From IMG/VR virus record IMGVR_UViG_3300022602_000039, positions 66,034 to 130,033 of that record: 64,000 bases of DNA. One strand, written 5' to 3'. The notes under the pieces were generated by a model, which did no database searches, was not told the DNA's origin, and worked only from the letters and a program-made list of their open reading frames with translations. Each line of letters begins with the position of its first letter. Within the stretch, counting starts at the first letter, position 1. The DNA is from a virus. A program made the translations under genes and the position numbers. Shown piece by piece: positions 8,308-19,204 of the stretch.

Positions 8308-9431
8308 TATCCTTCGTAACTTTTTGTATACTTTACATGTCGGTAAGTATCATCTGATGTAGTTTTAATAACTTTATCGGGTACTTTCTTCTCATACCTC
8401 ATAACAAAAGTGATAATGATATCACCGATTTCCATGAGAAAAGCTAATAAGAAGCAAACAAGGGCAGTAATGTCGCCTGATGTTAAAGAGCCAAAAGATA
8501 CTTTGATAATATTGTCAGATCCTATAATCTTTACGGGGATATAAGACACACTAAGATTAGAGGCAATCGAAGATAATAGACTGTTGGCATTTATTACAGC
8601 GAGTTCAAGGTCCTTAAAATTTTTAGCATTATTGACTTCCTTTTTGCATATAATTAGTTTATCTCCAAGTAAAATATTGGATTGTTTGAGTGCCAATAAC
8701 TTTTCGTTTACTTCCTGATCAATTACATCATTTTGACGTTTGAGTTCAGCCTTTGACTTTTGAATATCAATGTCGGATTGTGCTTTTAATTTACGAACTT
8801 CAGCTTGAAGTTCTTTAGCTTTAGGTCCATCACCCGCTTTACCGCGAACACCCTCTCGTTCATCTAAAACAGCCTGATTAGCTTCTTCAACTTGTTTTTG
8901 TAAGTCAGAAGATGCATGTAAGAGCGTTTGTTCGGCAGCTGTTTTCTTATCTCTGCCTTCGTTTTGTATTAAAAGTTCCTGATCTTGTGCAGATTTTTTA
9001 CTTTGGATTTCAAATGTTGAGATAGTTTCGGAGATTTGTACTTTACTGCGTTGTAAACTGTCTTGAAGACCGGTTTCAGAGTAAAACCCCGTAAAATCAA
9101 ATATTGTAGGGAGTAGACTTAAGAATAAACACAAAGATGCTGCTTTTAACGGAAATTCTTTACGTCCAAATAGTATAATTTTTACACAATATGGTAAACC
9201 AACAACAGCAAAACTTGCTAGCCCTACCAAAAACCAATTCCAAGTAATAAGAATATTGTTTAATGCATGAAAAGCAAAGCAATACGCCACAAATATGATA
9301 AACCAATATACAATATCAATAGAAATAGCAGCAATTTTACTAAAAGTAGGAAAACCAAAAATAGTTAAATATTCTGGTAATTTTGTATTATCTGTAATTG
9401 GTTCCTTTATAAAGAAATCCTTTATATTCAC
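8304..9431 (-). CDS. Membrane protein with long coiled coil (DUF4407-like architecture)
   Basis: Three N-terminal hydrophobic helices, coiled coil containing E..G..G..G.GP, C-terminal TM. Confidence 0.65.
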   Translation of the reverse strand: MNIKDFFIKEPITDNTKLPEYLTIFGFPTFSKIAAISIDIVYWFIIFVAYCFAFHALNNILITWNWFLVGLASFAVVGLPYCVKIILFGRKEFPLKAASLCLFLSLLPTIFDFTGFYSETGLQDSLQRSKVQISETISTFEIQSKKSAQDQELLIQNEGRDKKTAAEQTLLHASSDLQKQVEEANQAVLDEREGVRGKAGDGPKAKELQAEVRKLKAQSDIDIQKSKAELKRQNDVIDQEVNEKLLALKQSNILLGDKLIICKKEVNNAKNFKDLELAVINANSLLSSIASNLSVSYIPVKIIGSDNIIKVSFGSLTSGDITALVCFLLAFLMEIGDIIITFVMRYEKKVPDKVIKTTSDDTYRHVKYTKSYEGY

Positions 9432-9487
9432 TCTAATATTTAATCTATTGTAACAAAGGTCTTAAGTGATAAATAATTATTGTATCG

Positions 9488-11347
9488 ATGTCTACTACAA
9501 TTACATTATCAGCATTATTAGTTGGTGGAGGCGGTGGCGGCGCCGGTGGTGGTAGTGCTGACAGCATTAACTCCGGTGGTGGTGGTGCAGGTGGTGTATT
9601 GTTTTCTACATTTAATACTGGTCAAGGACAAATTTACACCATTAATGTTGGTAATGGTGGGAGTGGTGGTTCGACTGGTATTGGTGGCAGCGGAGGTGAT
9701 TCTACAATATCATATAACGGTAATATCGTAATATCTAATGATGGTATTACATCATTACATGCTTTTGGTGGTGGAACTGGTGGTGGTGATTTTATCATAA
9801 ACGGTTCATCCGGTGGATCAGGCGGTGGTGGTGGTGCGAGTACAACTACTATAGGTATAGGTGGTCAGGGTACCATAAGTCAAGGGTTCTCTGGTGGTAG
9901 CGGGTACTTAGGATCTGTTAATTACGGTGGTGGTGGTGGTGGTGCAGGTCATGTAGGTTATAACGCATTGTCGAATAATGGTGGTCAAGGTGGTTTTGGT
10001 ATTATAAATCCAATACCTGGCTCAACTGTCGGTCAATTATCAGCTGGAAACTATTGGGTAGCTGGCGGTGGTGGAGGTGGATCAAGTTTTGCGGGGTTAC
10101 AGATATCATATGGTGGCGCTGGTGGTGGTGGTAACGGTTCACCGAACAGTCCAACGAATGGATTGTCTGCTACCGGTGGCGGTGGCGGTGGTGCATACAG
10201 TGCAACAGGTGGTAGCGGCGGTTCAGGTGTTGTTGTTCTTGTAGTACCAACAGCACAATACTCAGGTATCACAACAGGCTCACCAAAAGTAACAGTAGTC
10301 GGAACAAATACATTATTGACGTATACAAATAACGGTTCATATACCAGTATATCATTACCGTTGTATACACTTACACAAAACGCTAATGCTGGTACATTAT
10401 TTTTTAATCAAGGCTTTGATATAAACAAAGATATTGTAGTAACTTTTGATTATGCATGTTACGGTAATGGTTTTAATGGTAGCGAAGGGTTTAGTGTGTT
10501 CTTTACAAGTACCTTGAGTGCATTATCCGGTGGTGGACCAGGACCTGGTTTATGTTATGCTCCTGTACAGAACGTTAATTCCGTAACAAGTCAAGTATTA
10601 ACCTCATTTGGTGGTGTACAAAATGCAGCATTAGGTATTGGGTTTGATATGATGGGGAATTTCGGTACTAATTTTTATGGTCTAGATGGATCATCAACAC
10701 CAATTCCTAATTCAATTTCAATACGCGGTAGTTTTGATACAAAATACAGTCTTTTATACAATAGTGGTAATTTAAATAGCAATGCATTTCCGTTTCCGTA
10801 TCTAATATACCAGCAAATTACTATCGCAGATACACCAATTATCTATGATCGTGTAAGAGTACGTATTACTGACTTTGGTCAACGAGTTGCTATTGATATA
10901 AAGAGACCTACAGATTATACATTTTCAAATTTTGTAAATTACGTGCTTCCAGCTTCCACTTGGTGGCCGGATACAGTGTATTGCGGTCTTGGCTTTGCAG
11001 GTGGTCAAAATATTACAAATTTTAAAATAAAAGACTTAAATGTTAATGGTGTCTTCTTAAGTTCATATAGAACTTGGAATTATACGCTTACAGGTATTCT
11101 CGGTTCATCATTATTCATTTCACCAAAAACTGGTACATCAACATCAGTATTTTTAAATGTCGGAGATACTATTGATATTTTTAAAGTAGCTTCAACACCG
11201 ATAACAACCATAGCTAGTAATACTCAGTTATATACTCTGAGTACTAACCAACCATTATCAGGTTTAACGGTACCTGCTCTTATTAATATAACTACAGGCG
11301 GAACAGCAGGGTTACAGTCTGGAGATCAATACATTATTATTCAGTAA
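9488..11347 (+). CDS. Tail-fibre/receptor-binding protein: Gly-rich domain plus legume-lectin-like domain
   Basis: LLVGGGGGG...GGSGVVVL Gly-rich domain; SEGFSVFF...LGIGFD...GLGF lectin-like motifs. Confidence 0.7.
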   Translation: MSTTITLSALLVGGGGGGAGGGSADSINSGGGGAGGVLFSTFNTGQGQIYTINVGNGGSGGSTGIGGSGGDSTISYNGNIVISNDGITSLHAFGGGTGGGDFIINGSSGGSGGGGGASTTTIGIGGQGTISQGFSGGSGYLGSVNYGGGGGGAGHVGYNALSNNGGQGGFGIINPIPGSTVGQLSAGNYWVAGGGGGGSSFAGLQISYGGAGGGGNGSPNSPTNGLSATGGGGGGAYSATGGSGGSGVVVLVVPTAQYSGITTGSPKVTVVGTNTLLTYTNNGSYTSISLPLYTLTQNANAGTLFFNQGFDINKDIVVTFDYACYGNGFNGSEGFSVFFTSTLSALSGGGPGPGLCYAPVQNVNSVTSQVLTSFGGVQNAALGIGFDMMGNFGTNFYGLDGSSTPIPNSISIRGSFDTKYSLLYNSGNLNSNAFPFPYLIYQQITIADTPIIYDRVRVRITDFGQRVAIDIKRPTDYTFSNFVNYVLPASTWWPDTVYCGLGFAGGQNITNFKIKDLNVNGVFLSSYRTWNYTLTGILGSSLFISPKTGTSTSVFLNVGDTIDIFKVASTPITTIASNTQLYTLSTNQPLSGLTVPALINITTGGTAGLQSGDQYIIIQ

Positions 11348-11392
11348 CATTTTAATGGAAAATGTATAGTTTAAAGTAAATATTAGTACAGT

Positions 11393-13897
11393 ATGCCAAC
11401 CACAGCCGCGACTCTAACCCTAAACGTACCAGCGATTACTGGTTTGCTTGCCGGTGTTACAATTAGTACCATAGTTAACCAAATTTCAGCTCTTGGTATT
11501 TCACAGGGTACAAGTGCTGTTACGTGTCTTACAGCAAATTCTGCAAATTGGCAAAGTACCTATACTACAGTATATGCAAATAGTGCTAATTGGTACAATG
11601 GTATCAATAGTATCAATTCTTTTCTTGGTACCACTAGTGGAAATTGGCAGAATACTTTTACAACAGTTAGTGCAACTAGTGCTACTTGGCAGAGAACAAC
11701 TAGTAATTTTACTCTTTCAAGTCCTTTATGGAATTCAACATATACAACGGTAAGTGCAGGGTCTGGTGTATGGGCGCAGGGTGCTAATTCAACAGCAACA
11801 GTTATTGCCAATAGTGGTTATTGGCAGAATGCCTACGTAACTGTTAGTGCAAATCAAGGTGCCTGGGGATTAAATGCCGGTGGTATTAGAGGTCCGTATT
11901 CTGTTATTAGTACAGGTACAATTCTTCCTGTTAGCGGTACCCCGACTGTATGCCTTAATGTAGGTAATTATAATAATATACTTGGTGGATTGAGTGGTAC
12001 AAACAGTGGTAACTACAATTCGTTAGTTGGTGGTTACCGTAATTTTCTTTCAGGTGGTAATTTTAATTATATTGGTACCGGTGGTTTAAATTCTATCGGT
12101 GGATTTAGTACAACAACAGTTTTAACCGGTCGTATTTACGATAATCAGCTTGGTGGTACATCAGTGCTATCCGGTAATGGTAGTTGTATGAGAATATATG
12201 ATACCCAGGGTGGTAATTTCTCATCACAGTATTCTGTTAACGATGTTGTCACTGTAACATATACAACAAATACACTTCCATATCTAACAGCTGCTAATAC
12301 ACCTTCAACCTGTGGTATAATACAGGCTGTTTCACCAACAAATAATAACTTTTTAGGTTATGTGGTTGTAAAGGGTGTAGGTGGTTGTTCATTAGATCTT
12401 AGTACTAGTACTAATACAAGTATAAGTGCGACAGGATTTGTAATGTCTAATCGTTCGTATAATGCAGGGTCTGTAGGTAGTATAGTTAATGGTGGTTATC
12501 TCAATACAGCTTCTGGTAATTATAGTACAGTTGGTGGTGGTCTCTTTAACTACGCTTTAAGTGGTGCTACTATTGGTGGTGGTGCACGAAATTCCGCAAT
12601 AACGAATTCATTTATTGGTGGTGGTTGTGGTAATTGGAGTAATACACCGGGTTCAGTAATTGCTGCAGGCAGCTTTAACAAGACAGGTGGTAATCCAACA
12701 TATACATCTACTGGTACCCTATCAACAAATGGTGCTTGTACTGTAGTTCAATTTACAAATATTAATGGAGTAAGTGCATTTAATGCCTTTGATCCAGTAA
12801 CTGTAGTATCAGTCGGTACGAATGGCTTGTCTGCCGGATCAGTTTCAACAGCAACAGTTGTCGGTCGTTTACCTAATACACCTGGTATTATTGTAACCGG
12901 TAATTATAGCACAGCTTCATGTGTTGCTGTATGGGATCGAATTGTTAATAGTAATAGCTCGTTTAATACTGTAGGTGGTGGTGTATTAAATACAGCGACA
13001 GGTGGTGGTAGTGTGGTTGCCGGTGGTAGTTGTAATACAGCTTCAGGTAATTATTCATCTATTCTTGGCGGTGTTAATAATAGCGCCAATAGTCTAGCAA
13101 ATACTGTTATCTTAGGTTCCAATATTACAGCCTTATCATCAAATTACGCGTATGTAAATAATTTGAGTTCACAGGGTACAGTAAATTCACTTTTTATTAA
13201 TTCGCTTAGTACAGTTAATATTGGCAATAGTCTTTCTGTACAGGTTGCAGCAAGTGCAAGTCCAATTCTAAATTTTGATTCACGTTATTCTACAGTATCA
13301 GGTGCAATTAATAAAATTAATCTCTGGGGTGGATTTTACGGTTTCGGTATTGCACCTAGCGAAGTATCATATGTCGGTAGCAATCATATATTTTATCCGT
13401 ATCCTTCAAATACATCTATAAGCGCTGTGTCCGCTGCAATGATTATTTCTAGTACTGGTCAAGTCGGTATTGGTAATAATGTCTGGAGCACCACAAATCA
13501 ACCTAGCCCGTCAGCTCAATTAACTGTAGTTGGTAACGTAAGTGCGGCTGGTAATATTACTGCAACCGGTAATGTTTATGGTGGTACAGGTATTACTTCA
13601 ATAGCTGGTACAACATATACAATTCAGTTATCAGATAACGGTGGTATGATCGCTTCGACAAATACAGGAGCAGGCTTGACAGCAACAGTTGTTGGTACAA
13701 ATTACCCGGTTGGATTTAACGTTGCGATTATGCAATTAGGTGGCTCTACAACAACTGGCCGTATTGCAGTATCTGGATCAAGTTTAACAATTAACCAAGC
13801 GAGCGGCTACTTTAAGACAAGAACTCAATATTCAACAGCAACTCTAATGTATTTTGGTGCACCAGGTTGGGTATTATTCGGTGATCTTGCACTTTAA
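11393..13897 (+). CDS. Tail-fibre-like virion protein
   Basis: Trp-spaced N-terminal repeats, GG..NTASGNYS repeats, C-terminal ...WVLFGDL domain. Confidence 0.7.
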   Translation: MPTTAATLTLNVPAITGLLAGVTISTIVNQISALGISQGTSAVTCLTANSANWQSTYTTVYANSANWYNGINSINSFLGTTSGNWQNTFTTVSATSATWQRTTSNFTLSSPLWNSTYTTVSAGSGVWAQGANSTATVIANSGYWQNAYVTVSANQGAWGLNAGGIRGPYSVISTGTILPVSGTPTVCLNVGNYNNILGGLSGTNSGNYNSLVGGYRNFLSGGNFNYIGTGGLNSIGGFSTTTVLTGRIYDNQLGGTSVLSGNGSCMRIYDTQGGNFSSQYSVNDVVTVTYTTNTLPYLTAANTPSTCGIIQAVSPTNNNFLGYVVVKGVGGCSLDLSTSTNTSISATGFVMSNRSYNAGSVGSIVNGGYLNTASGNYSTVGGGLFNYALSGATIGGGARNSAITNSFIGGGCGNWSNTPGSVIAAGSFNKTGGNPTYTSTGTLSTNGACTVVQFTNINGVSAFNAFDPVTVVSVGTNGLSAGSVSTATVVGRLPNTPGIIVTGNYSTASCVAVWDRIVNSNSSFNTVGGGVLNTATGGGSVVAGGSCNTASGNYSSILGGVNNSANSLANTVILGSNITALSSNYAYVNNLSSQGTVNSLFINSLSTVNIGNSLSVQVAASASPILNFDSRYSTVSGAINKINLWGGFYGFGIAPSEVSYVGSNHIFYPYPSNTSISAVSAAMIISSTGQVGIGNNVWSTTNQPSPSAQLTVVGNVSAAGNITATGNVYGGTGITSIAGTTYTIQLSDNGGMIASTNTGAGLTATVVGTNYPVGFNVAIMQLGGSTTTGRIAVSGSSLTINQASGYFKTRTQYSTATLMYFGAPGWVLFGDLAL

Positions 13898-13902
13898 TTT
13901 TT

Positions 13903-14772
13903 ATGTTCATTACACGAACAGGTACAGATGGTTATCTGAATAGCCCGCAATCACCGGTTAGTGCATATAATGTACAATACCTCATTGTAGGAGGCGGTGG
14001 TGGCGGTGGTGCAGGTGTAGGAGGTCAAGCTTTAGGCGGTGGCGGTGGTGGCGGTGGTGTGCTTAATGGTACTATGTCCATCAATCATTTATCTCAATAT
14101 TATGTAAACGTTGGTACAGGTGGTGGAGATACCGCGGGTGGCTTAAACTCATCATTTAATCAAATTATAGCATCTGGTGGCGGCTCTGGTGGTACTATTA
14201 ACTCTTCTGGTATACCTATACTTGCTACGAACGGTGGTTCAGGTGGTGGTGGTAGCGGTCAGGGAGGTACGCCACCACCTGGTGCATCAGGTGTAACCGG
14301 ACAAGGCAACGCCGGTGGTTCCGGTGGTGGTGCATCAGCGTATGGTGGAGGCGGTGGCGGTGGTGCAGGAAGTGTGGGTATCGGTGGTACCGGTTCTGCT
14401 GGTGGCAACGGTGGTAATGGTATTGCTTCCTCTATAACCGGTTCTTCAGTAGTATATAGCGGTGGCGGTGGTGGTGGTGCTTATTCAACATATCCTGCTG
14501 GTGCTGGTGGTTCCGGTGGTGGTGGTAATGGTGCGAATAATAACGGTGCTGGGTCTGCTGGTACTAATGGTCTTGGTGGCGGTGGTGGTGGATCTTCTGA
14601 ATACGGTTCAACCAGCTTTAACGCCGGTGGTAGCGGTGGTTCTGGTATTGTTGTTATATCATATCCAAACGCAAGTCAAATTGCTTCCGGTGGTAACATT
14701 ACCTCTTATACAAACTCCGGTAGTACATTTTGGGTTCATTCGTTTACCGCTAACGGTTATTTTATAGCATAA
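13903..14772 (+). CDS. Gly-rich virion protein
   Basis: YLIVGGGGGG...GGSGIVVISY...WVHSFT. Confidence 0.7.
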   Translation: MFITRTGTDGYLNSPQSPVSAYNVQYLIVGGGGGGGAGVGGQALGGGGGGGGVLNGTMSINHLSQYYVNVGTGGGDTAGGLNSSFNQIIASGGGSGGTINSSGIPILATNGGSGGGGSGQGGTPPPGASGVTGQGNAGGSGGGASAYGGGGGGGAGSVGIGGTGSAGGNGGNGIASSITGSSVVYSGGGGGGAYSTYPAGAGGSGGGGNGANNNGAGSAGTNGLGGGGGGSSEYGSTSFNAGGSGGSGIVVISYPNASQIASGGNITSYTNSGSTFWVHSFTANGYFIA

Positions 14773-14813
14773 ACAAACCGTTGAACAGCCATATATTTTG
14801 TTAAATATATGCA

Positions 14814-15464
14814 GTGAGAACATATTTAGTACAGTTATCTAGTAATCAGAATATTGGTGTTCCAGGTCTTATTGATTCCTTAACATTTAATACCAATCTT
14901 ACTGCTTTTACAGGTGGTCCTATTGATGGTCAATATTTTAGTACATCTACTGCTAGCTATGCAAATACAGCAAACGATGGATCGTTCTTTCCATGGAAGT
15001 TTATAATACAAACATTTACAACTAATTTACCGCCACTTGTTTTAAAGGGACCATATACTTTTGTATTCTCAACATCTGCACTCGATTCCACACAATTTGG
15101 TATTCTTAAGGTATTATACGATTTCGGGGATGGAACCCATCGTACTGTAAGTTACCCAGCAGGTAATAGTTTTAGCGGTATAGCGTTAATTGAACAGCCT
15201 GGTGATGTTATTGTTCAAAATGATTATTACCCGTTAAGTCTAAGTGGTACAACATATACACCATCTGTTACAGTTATTAACGGTAATCTTGTAAATTTTG
15301 TTTATAATTTAACAGCAACATTCTTCCCGTCTTCAATATATGAGCTAAATGACATACATCTTATTAATAGTTTGTCTGTAGGTGCTAGCTCAACAGAGCT
15401 TCTCAATATATTTGAAACTCGATCACCGAATTATATTACCCATGCACTAACATTAAGTGCATAA
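14814..15464 (+). CDS. Putative virion protein (PKD-like YDFGDG motif)
   Basis: YDFGDG motif; TAAATA before the GTG start; lies within the structural block. Confidence 0.55.
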   Translation: MRTYLVQLSSNQNIGVPGLIDSLTFNTNLTAFTGGPIDGQYFSTSTASYANTANDGSFFPWKFIIQTFTTNLPPLVLKGPYTFVFSTSALDSTQFGILKVLYDFGDGTHRTVSYPAGNSFSGIALIEQPGDVIVQNDYYPLSLSGTTYTPSVTVINGNLVNFVYNLTATFFPSSIYELNDIHLINSLSVGASSTELLNIFETRSPNYITHALTLSA

Positions 15465-15476
15465 ATATTAATAATC

Positions 15477-18400
15477 ATGGATGTAGTTTCTGTTAATCCG
15501 ACTAATTTTATTGGGCTGTCTTCATCGTATGTGTCTGATAAAACTGTGTCCCTAAATCAGAGTATGTATTTTACAGAGCAAGGGTATAATTTGCCATTTA
15601 CTGAAATTTATGCTGATTTAAAAGATACAAAAACTAATAATTATTCAAATCTTTATCTTACCCGTTATGATACTTTAACATCAAACGCATTCATTGAACC
15701 GTTGGAAGATTTACCAGTAAGAGGATTTAGTACATACCTTGCTACATACAATACACCAAATATTGACGATAACACACTCTTCTTAGTTACTCAAGAGCCT
15801 CCCATTACTGTAAGTACAGCGGGTATAGCGCTCTCAGGTGTATATAATAATTTAGATAATAGAAGTTTCTTTGAAGTATTATTTTTAGATAATACTTTAT
15901 GTAAAGTGATTCATAGTAAGAGTGGTGTTAATCGATATCTTACAGCTGATTCCGGGCGTCTGTTATTTGAATTTGATAACGGTCAGGATAGTTTAGGTGC
16001 TATTAGTTCGCAAATCTTTAACTACATATACGATCCTGCTAGTAATATTTTAGTACTTGCAAAAAGTATACTTGATAATTCCAACAATTATATTTGTGAA
16101 TATGTTGGGTATACAGAAAGTACATATTCACCTAATAATATACCGTCTGTTGTTGTACAAGGAGCTGCATTAACGTTCTTTAAACCTGTGCAAGGCGGTA
16201 ATACACCGTACCCCCCAAATGCAATTCTTAGATGCACACCACAACCTGGACCTATAGCAGATACTCTCTTGTATGATGCTTGGGTTAGCTATCAACGCGA
16301 TTTTAAGACTAACACACAAGATATTAATCCAAATAAAAGTGTACCGTACGTTAATACAAACTTACTTGTTAATAATGAGTATAGTAATATTAACAAGGAT
16401 AATACACTTAATATTAATATTCTATCTCTTAAGAATACAACAACACCTGAAAATTTACAAAGTCGTAATAATCCGTTTCAAGCATATCGTTCTCTTTACT
16501 TCAATGAAGATGATGTAAGTTCAAGACAGTATAATAATCTCTTTACTGGTTCAAATCAGGAATATGGTAACGACAATATTAGTATAGGGTATGAATCCTA
16601 TACATCACAATTAACTCTACCTGCTGACAAAACAACATACTTTCATACACCACAAACTCTCTACCCGTACGTAAAGATAAATGTAGCTGATGCCGGTTTT
16701 ATTGAAGCGGGTGCTATAGCTGGTGATCACCCAATGAAAGCAGATAAGATTTTCAAAAAACTTGCATCTGCTAAATATACATCACCGTTTGGTCAAGTTT
16801 CAGATGAAACATCCGGTACATTTTTATGTAGTTGGTTATCAGGTGGTCTTGATGCTAATTCGTTACCTATTTGGGTTGATAGATATTATAACCCTTCTTC
16901 AATAACATATATAACAGCACTAACCGGAGCTCCGGTTAATTATACAACCACATTTAATAAACTAATCAATGCAGTATCTGGAACAAATAATGTAACAGTA
17001 TTTGATAAGCCATCTGATTTAGTTCTTGAGCCAGGTGCTTATTATGCTTATCAGCATATTGGTAATAATTATATAAATCAATACATAAATTCCTTTACAC
17101 CATTTTTAGTAGATGACACCTTTTCGGCTTACCTTAATTATAAAAAACAAAATGTTCTTACACCTGGTATAACCGCAAATGAATTTAATTTTAATGGTTC
17201 AAATTTTACAATTAGTAATTCATTATCTGCAATAGATGAATCGAGTCAATTTACTTTGTCTTTCTACGGTGATAGTCAAAACTGGCAACAACCACTTGGG
17301 TATCAACTAGTAGGTAATTTTGTTCATGATGGTTTTGGTATCTTTAATACAAATATCGTAACACCTACATTATATGTAATGAGTACAACTGGTATGAGTA
17401 TTCTTAATACAAGTTTAGTACCTCTTAAGACCATACCATATACTTCTCAACCTCTAGGGTTTATGCGTTTAGAGGGAATGAGAGATTATTATGGTATGTT
17501 CAGTGATGGTACATTTAGAAGATTTAATATATCTGATATATCTCTTAGCATTACATCTAATCCGACATTAACCGGTATGTTGAGTTATGATTATACTGAT
17601 CGTTTTGGATATATCTTATGTGAAAACAACGGTATAGCTAATGTATTAGAAGCTGATTTAAATCAAACAACACTTACAGATATTACCACAGCTTATAATC
17701 TATTTGTTTATACACCAGGTGGTAATCTTAATGACTCGAATACAATTACTCTACACAATAATCTATTATATTTTACATACGGTTATCAAGCACGTTTAAG
17801 AGACAATATTATATACTTTTTATCACCGGATTATACTGCACTTCTTCGTTGGGATACAACTTTATCCACAGTGACCACAGCTTTTCAATCTCGTTCTAAG
17901 ATAGCAGATTATAATATTGATTTTAACGGTAATATATGGTTAATTGATAGTACAAACGGTTATTATAGTTTTACTTCAACAAGAAACCCATTGGTTTCTG
18001 GTACTATTCCAAATAACTCCACTAAACCTATTATCTATAATTTTGTAGGTGATGGCGTTACCACGACATTTACACTAACAGGTACTGGTTATTCACAAAA
18101 TCCAAGCGATTATACAATTAACTATGCTTACACAACCACATTAAGCTCGGTTTCATCAGTTACTGATTCTGTCGGTAATGTTATACGTACATTATCCTAT
18201 ACCTCAACACAATATAATAGCAGTACATACATTTCAGGTACTGAATTTTATATTGACGGTAATCAAATTATTTTTTATACAGCACCAAGTAACGGGTATG
18301 CATTATCAGGTGCTACTACCTTACCAATTGACACATTTAATAATGCACGTATTAATTTTATTAGTGAATATACACCAGTTGGACTCTATCAGGCAGTTCT

Positions 18401-19199
18401 TTTAACGCGTTCAGGTTATGATCCTTTAACATTATCTGCAAGTAATCAATTTACAATTCTATCCTTAACAGGTGTTCCGATATTAACCTCAGTATATGAT
18501 AATAACTTCGTTTCTGATAATAGTCTTACGAATGATGATTATCTTGCCACTCAAGTTAATGCAATTTACGGTAATTCAAATTTAAACGTTAAGGCAGTAC
18601 TAACTAATGTGTATAACAATCTCGATAATTTGACAGTAGAGATTATTACATCATTATCTGGCGTAGACCCAGGTCCCCATCACTTTGCCGTGCGCTTTGA
18701 TAGCTACCACGGTGAAATGACTCTTTTTATTGACGGTCAAGATGTCGGTAATGCATATTTTGAACCAAGAAAGTATAAATTTAGTAATTTAATTAACCGA
18801 CCATTTATGTTCGGTACAACAACATACAAAAATAATATTCCGTTGTATCAATACCTTCAAAAACAGTCATATCTTGTTAATGGTCTTAATATAAGCAAGT
18901 ATAACATTTACAGTAAGCCATTGAATGATTATGATATTAAATTTCTTGCGCGCCAGGGCATGAATATACAGGATATTAACGTTAATATACCTTGTGGTCG
19001 TAGAAATTATGTAGAAGAAATTGAACGCTACTTTAAAGCAACAGTTCCAGGTTCAAAGTCTACTCTTTATAATTTAAACATTACAAATACAGGTATTACT
19101 GATAAATCACTGCAGCAGGCTCTAGCTACAAGAATTTTAGCTGAACTCAAAGATACAGCTCCAGCTTACTCTCAGATAAATAGTATTAACTGGATTTAA
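15477..19199 (+). CDS. Large virion/baseplate protein with LamG-like C-terminal region
   Basis: 1240 aa; HHFAVRFD...TLFIDG LamG-like motif; TAAATA 9 nt before ATG. Confidence 0.6.
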   Translation: MDVVSVNPTNFIGLSSSYVSDKTVSLNQSMYFTEQGYNLPFTEIYADLKDTKTNNYSNLYLTRYDTLTSNAFIEPLEDLPVRGFSTYLATYNTPNIDDNTLFLVTQEPPITVSTAGIALSGVYNNLDNRSFFEVLFLDNTLCKVIHSKSGVNRYLTADSGRLLFEFDNGQDSLGAISSQIFNYIYDPASNILVLAKSILDNSNNYICEYVGYTESTYSPNNIPSVVVQGAALTFFKPVQGGNTPYPPNAILRCTPQPGPIADTLLYDAWVSYQRDFKTNTQDINPNKSVPYVNTNLLVNNEYSNINKDNTLNINILSLKNTTTPENLQSRNNPFQAYRSLYFNEDDVSSRQYNNLFTGSNQEYGNDNISIGYESYTSQLTLPADKTTYFHTPQTLYPYVKINVADAGFIEAGAIAGDHPMKADKIFKKLASAKYTSPFGQVSDETSGTFLCSWLSGGLDANSLPIWVDRYYNPSSITYITALTGAPVNYTTTFNKLINAVSGTNNVTVFDKPSDLVLEPGAYYAYQHIGNNYINQYINSFTPFLVDDTFSAYLNYKKQNVLTPGITANEFNFNGSNFTISNSLSAIDESSQFTLSFYGDSQNWQQPLGYQLVGNFVHDGFGIFNTNIVTPTLYVMSTTGMSILNTSLVPLKTIPYTSQPLGFMRLEGMRDYYGMFSDGTFRRFNISDISLSITSNPTLTGMLSYDYTDRFGYILCENNGIANVLEADLNQTTLTDITTAYNLFVYTPGGNLNDSNTITLHNNLLYFTYGYQARLRDNIIYFLSPDYTALLRWDTTLSTVTTAFQSRSKIADYNIDFNGNIWLIDSTNGYYSFTSTRNPLVSGTIPNNSTKPIIYNFVGDGVTTTFTLTGTGYSQNPSDYTINYAYTTTLSSVSSVTDSVGNVIRTLSYTSTQYNSSTYISGTEFYIDGNQIIFYTAPSNGYALSGATTLPIDTFNNARINFISEYTPVGLYQAVLLTRSGYDPLTLSASNQFTILSLTGVPILTSVYDNNFVSDNSLTNDDYLATQVNAIYGNSNLNVKAVLTNVYNNLDNLTVEIITSLSGVDPGPHHFAVRFDSYHGEMTLFIDGQDVGNAYFEPRKYKFSNLINRPFMFGTTTYKNNIPLYQYLQKQSYLVNGLNISKYNIYSKPLNDYDIKFLARQGMNIQDINVNIPCGRRNYVEEIERYFKATVPGSKSTLYNLNITNTGITDKSLQQALATRILAELKDTAPAYSQINSINWI

Positions 19200-19204
19200 T
19201 TAAC

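Noticed and set aside
9520-14650. Dense GGT/GGC repeats as a possible CRISPR array or DNA-level repeat
   Set aside because: They encode poly-Gly tracts in frame; no constant repeat-spacer periodicity. No CRISPR array was seen anywhere in the window
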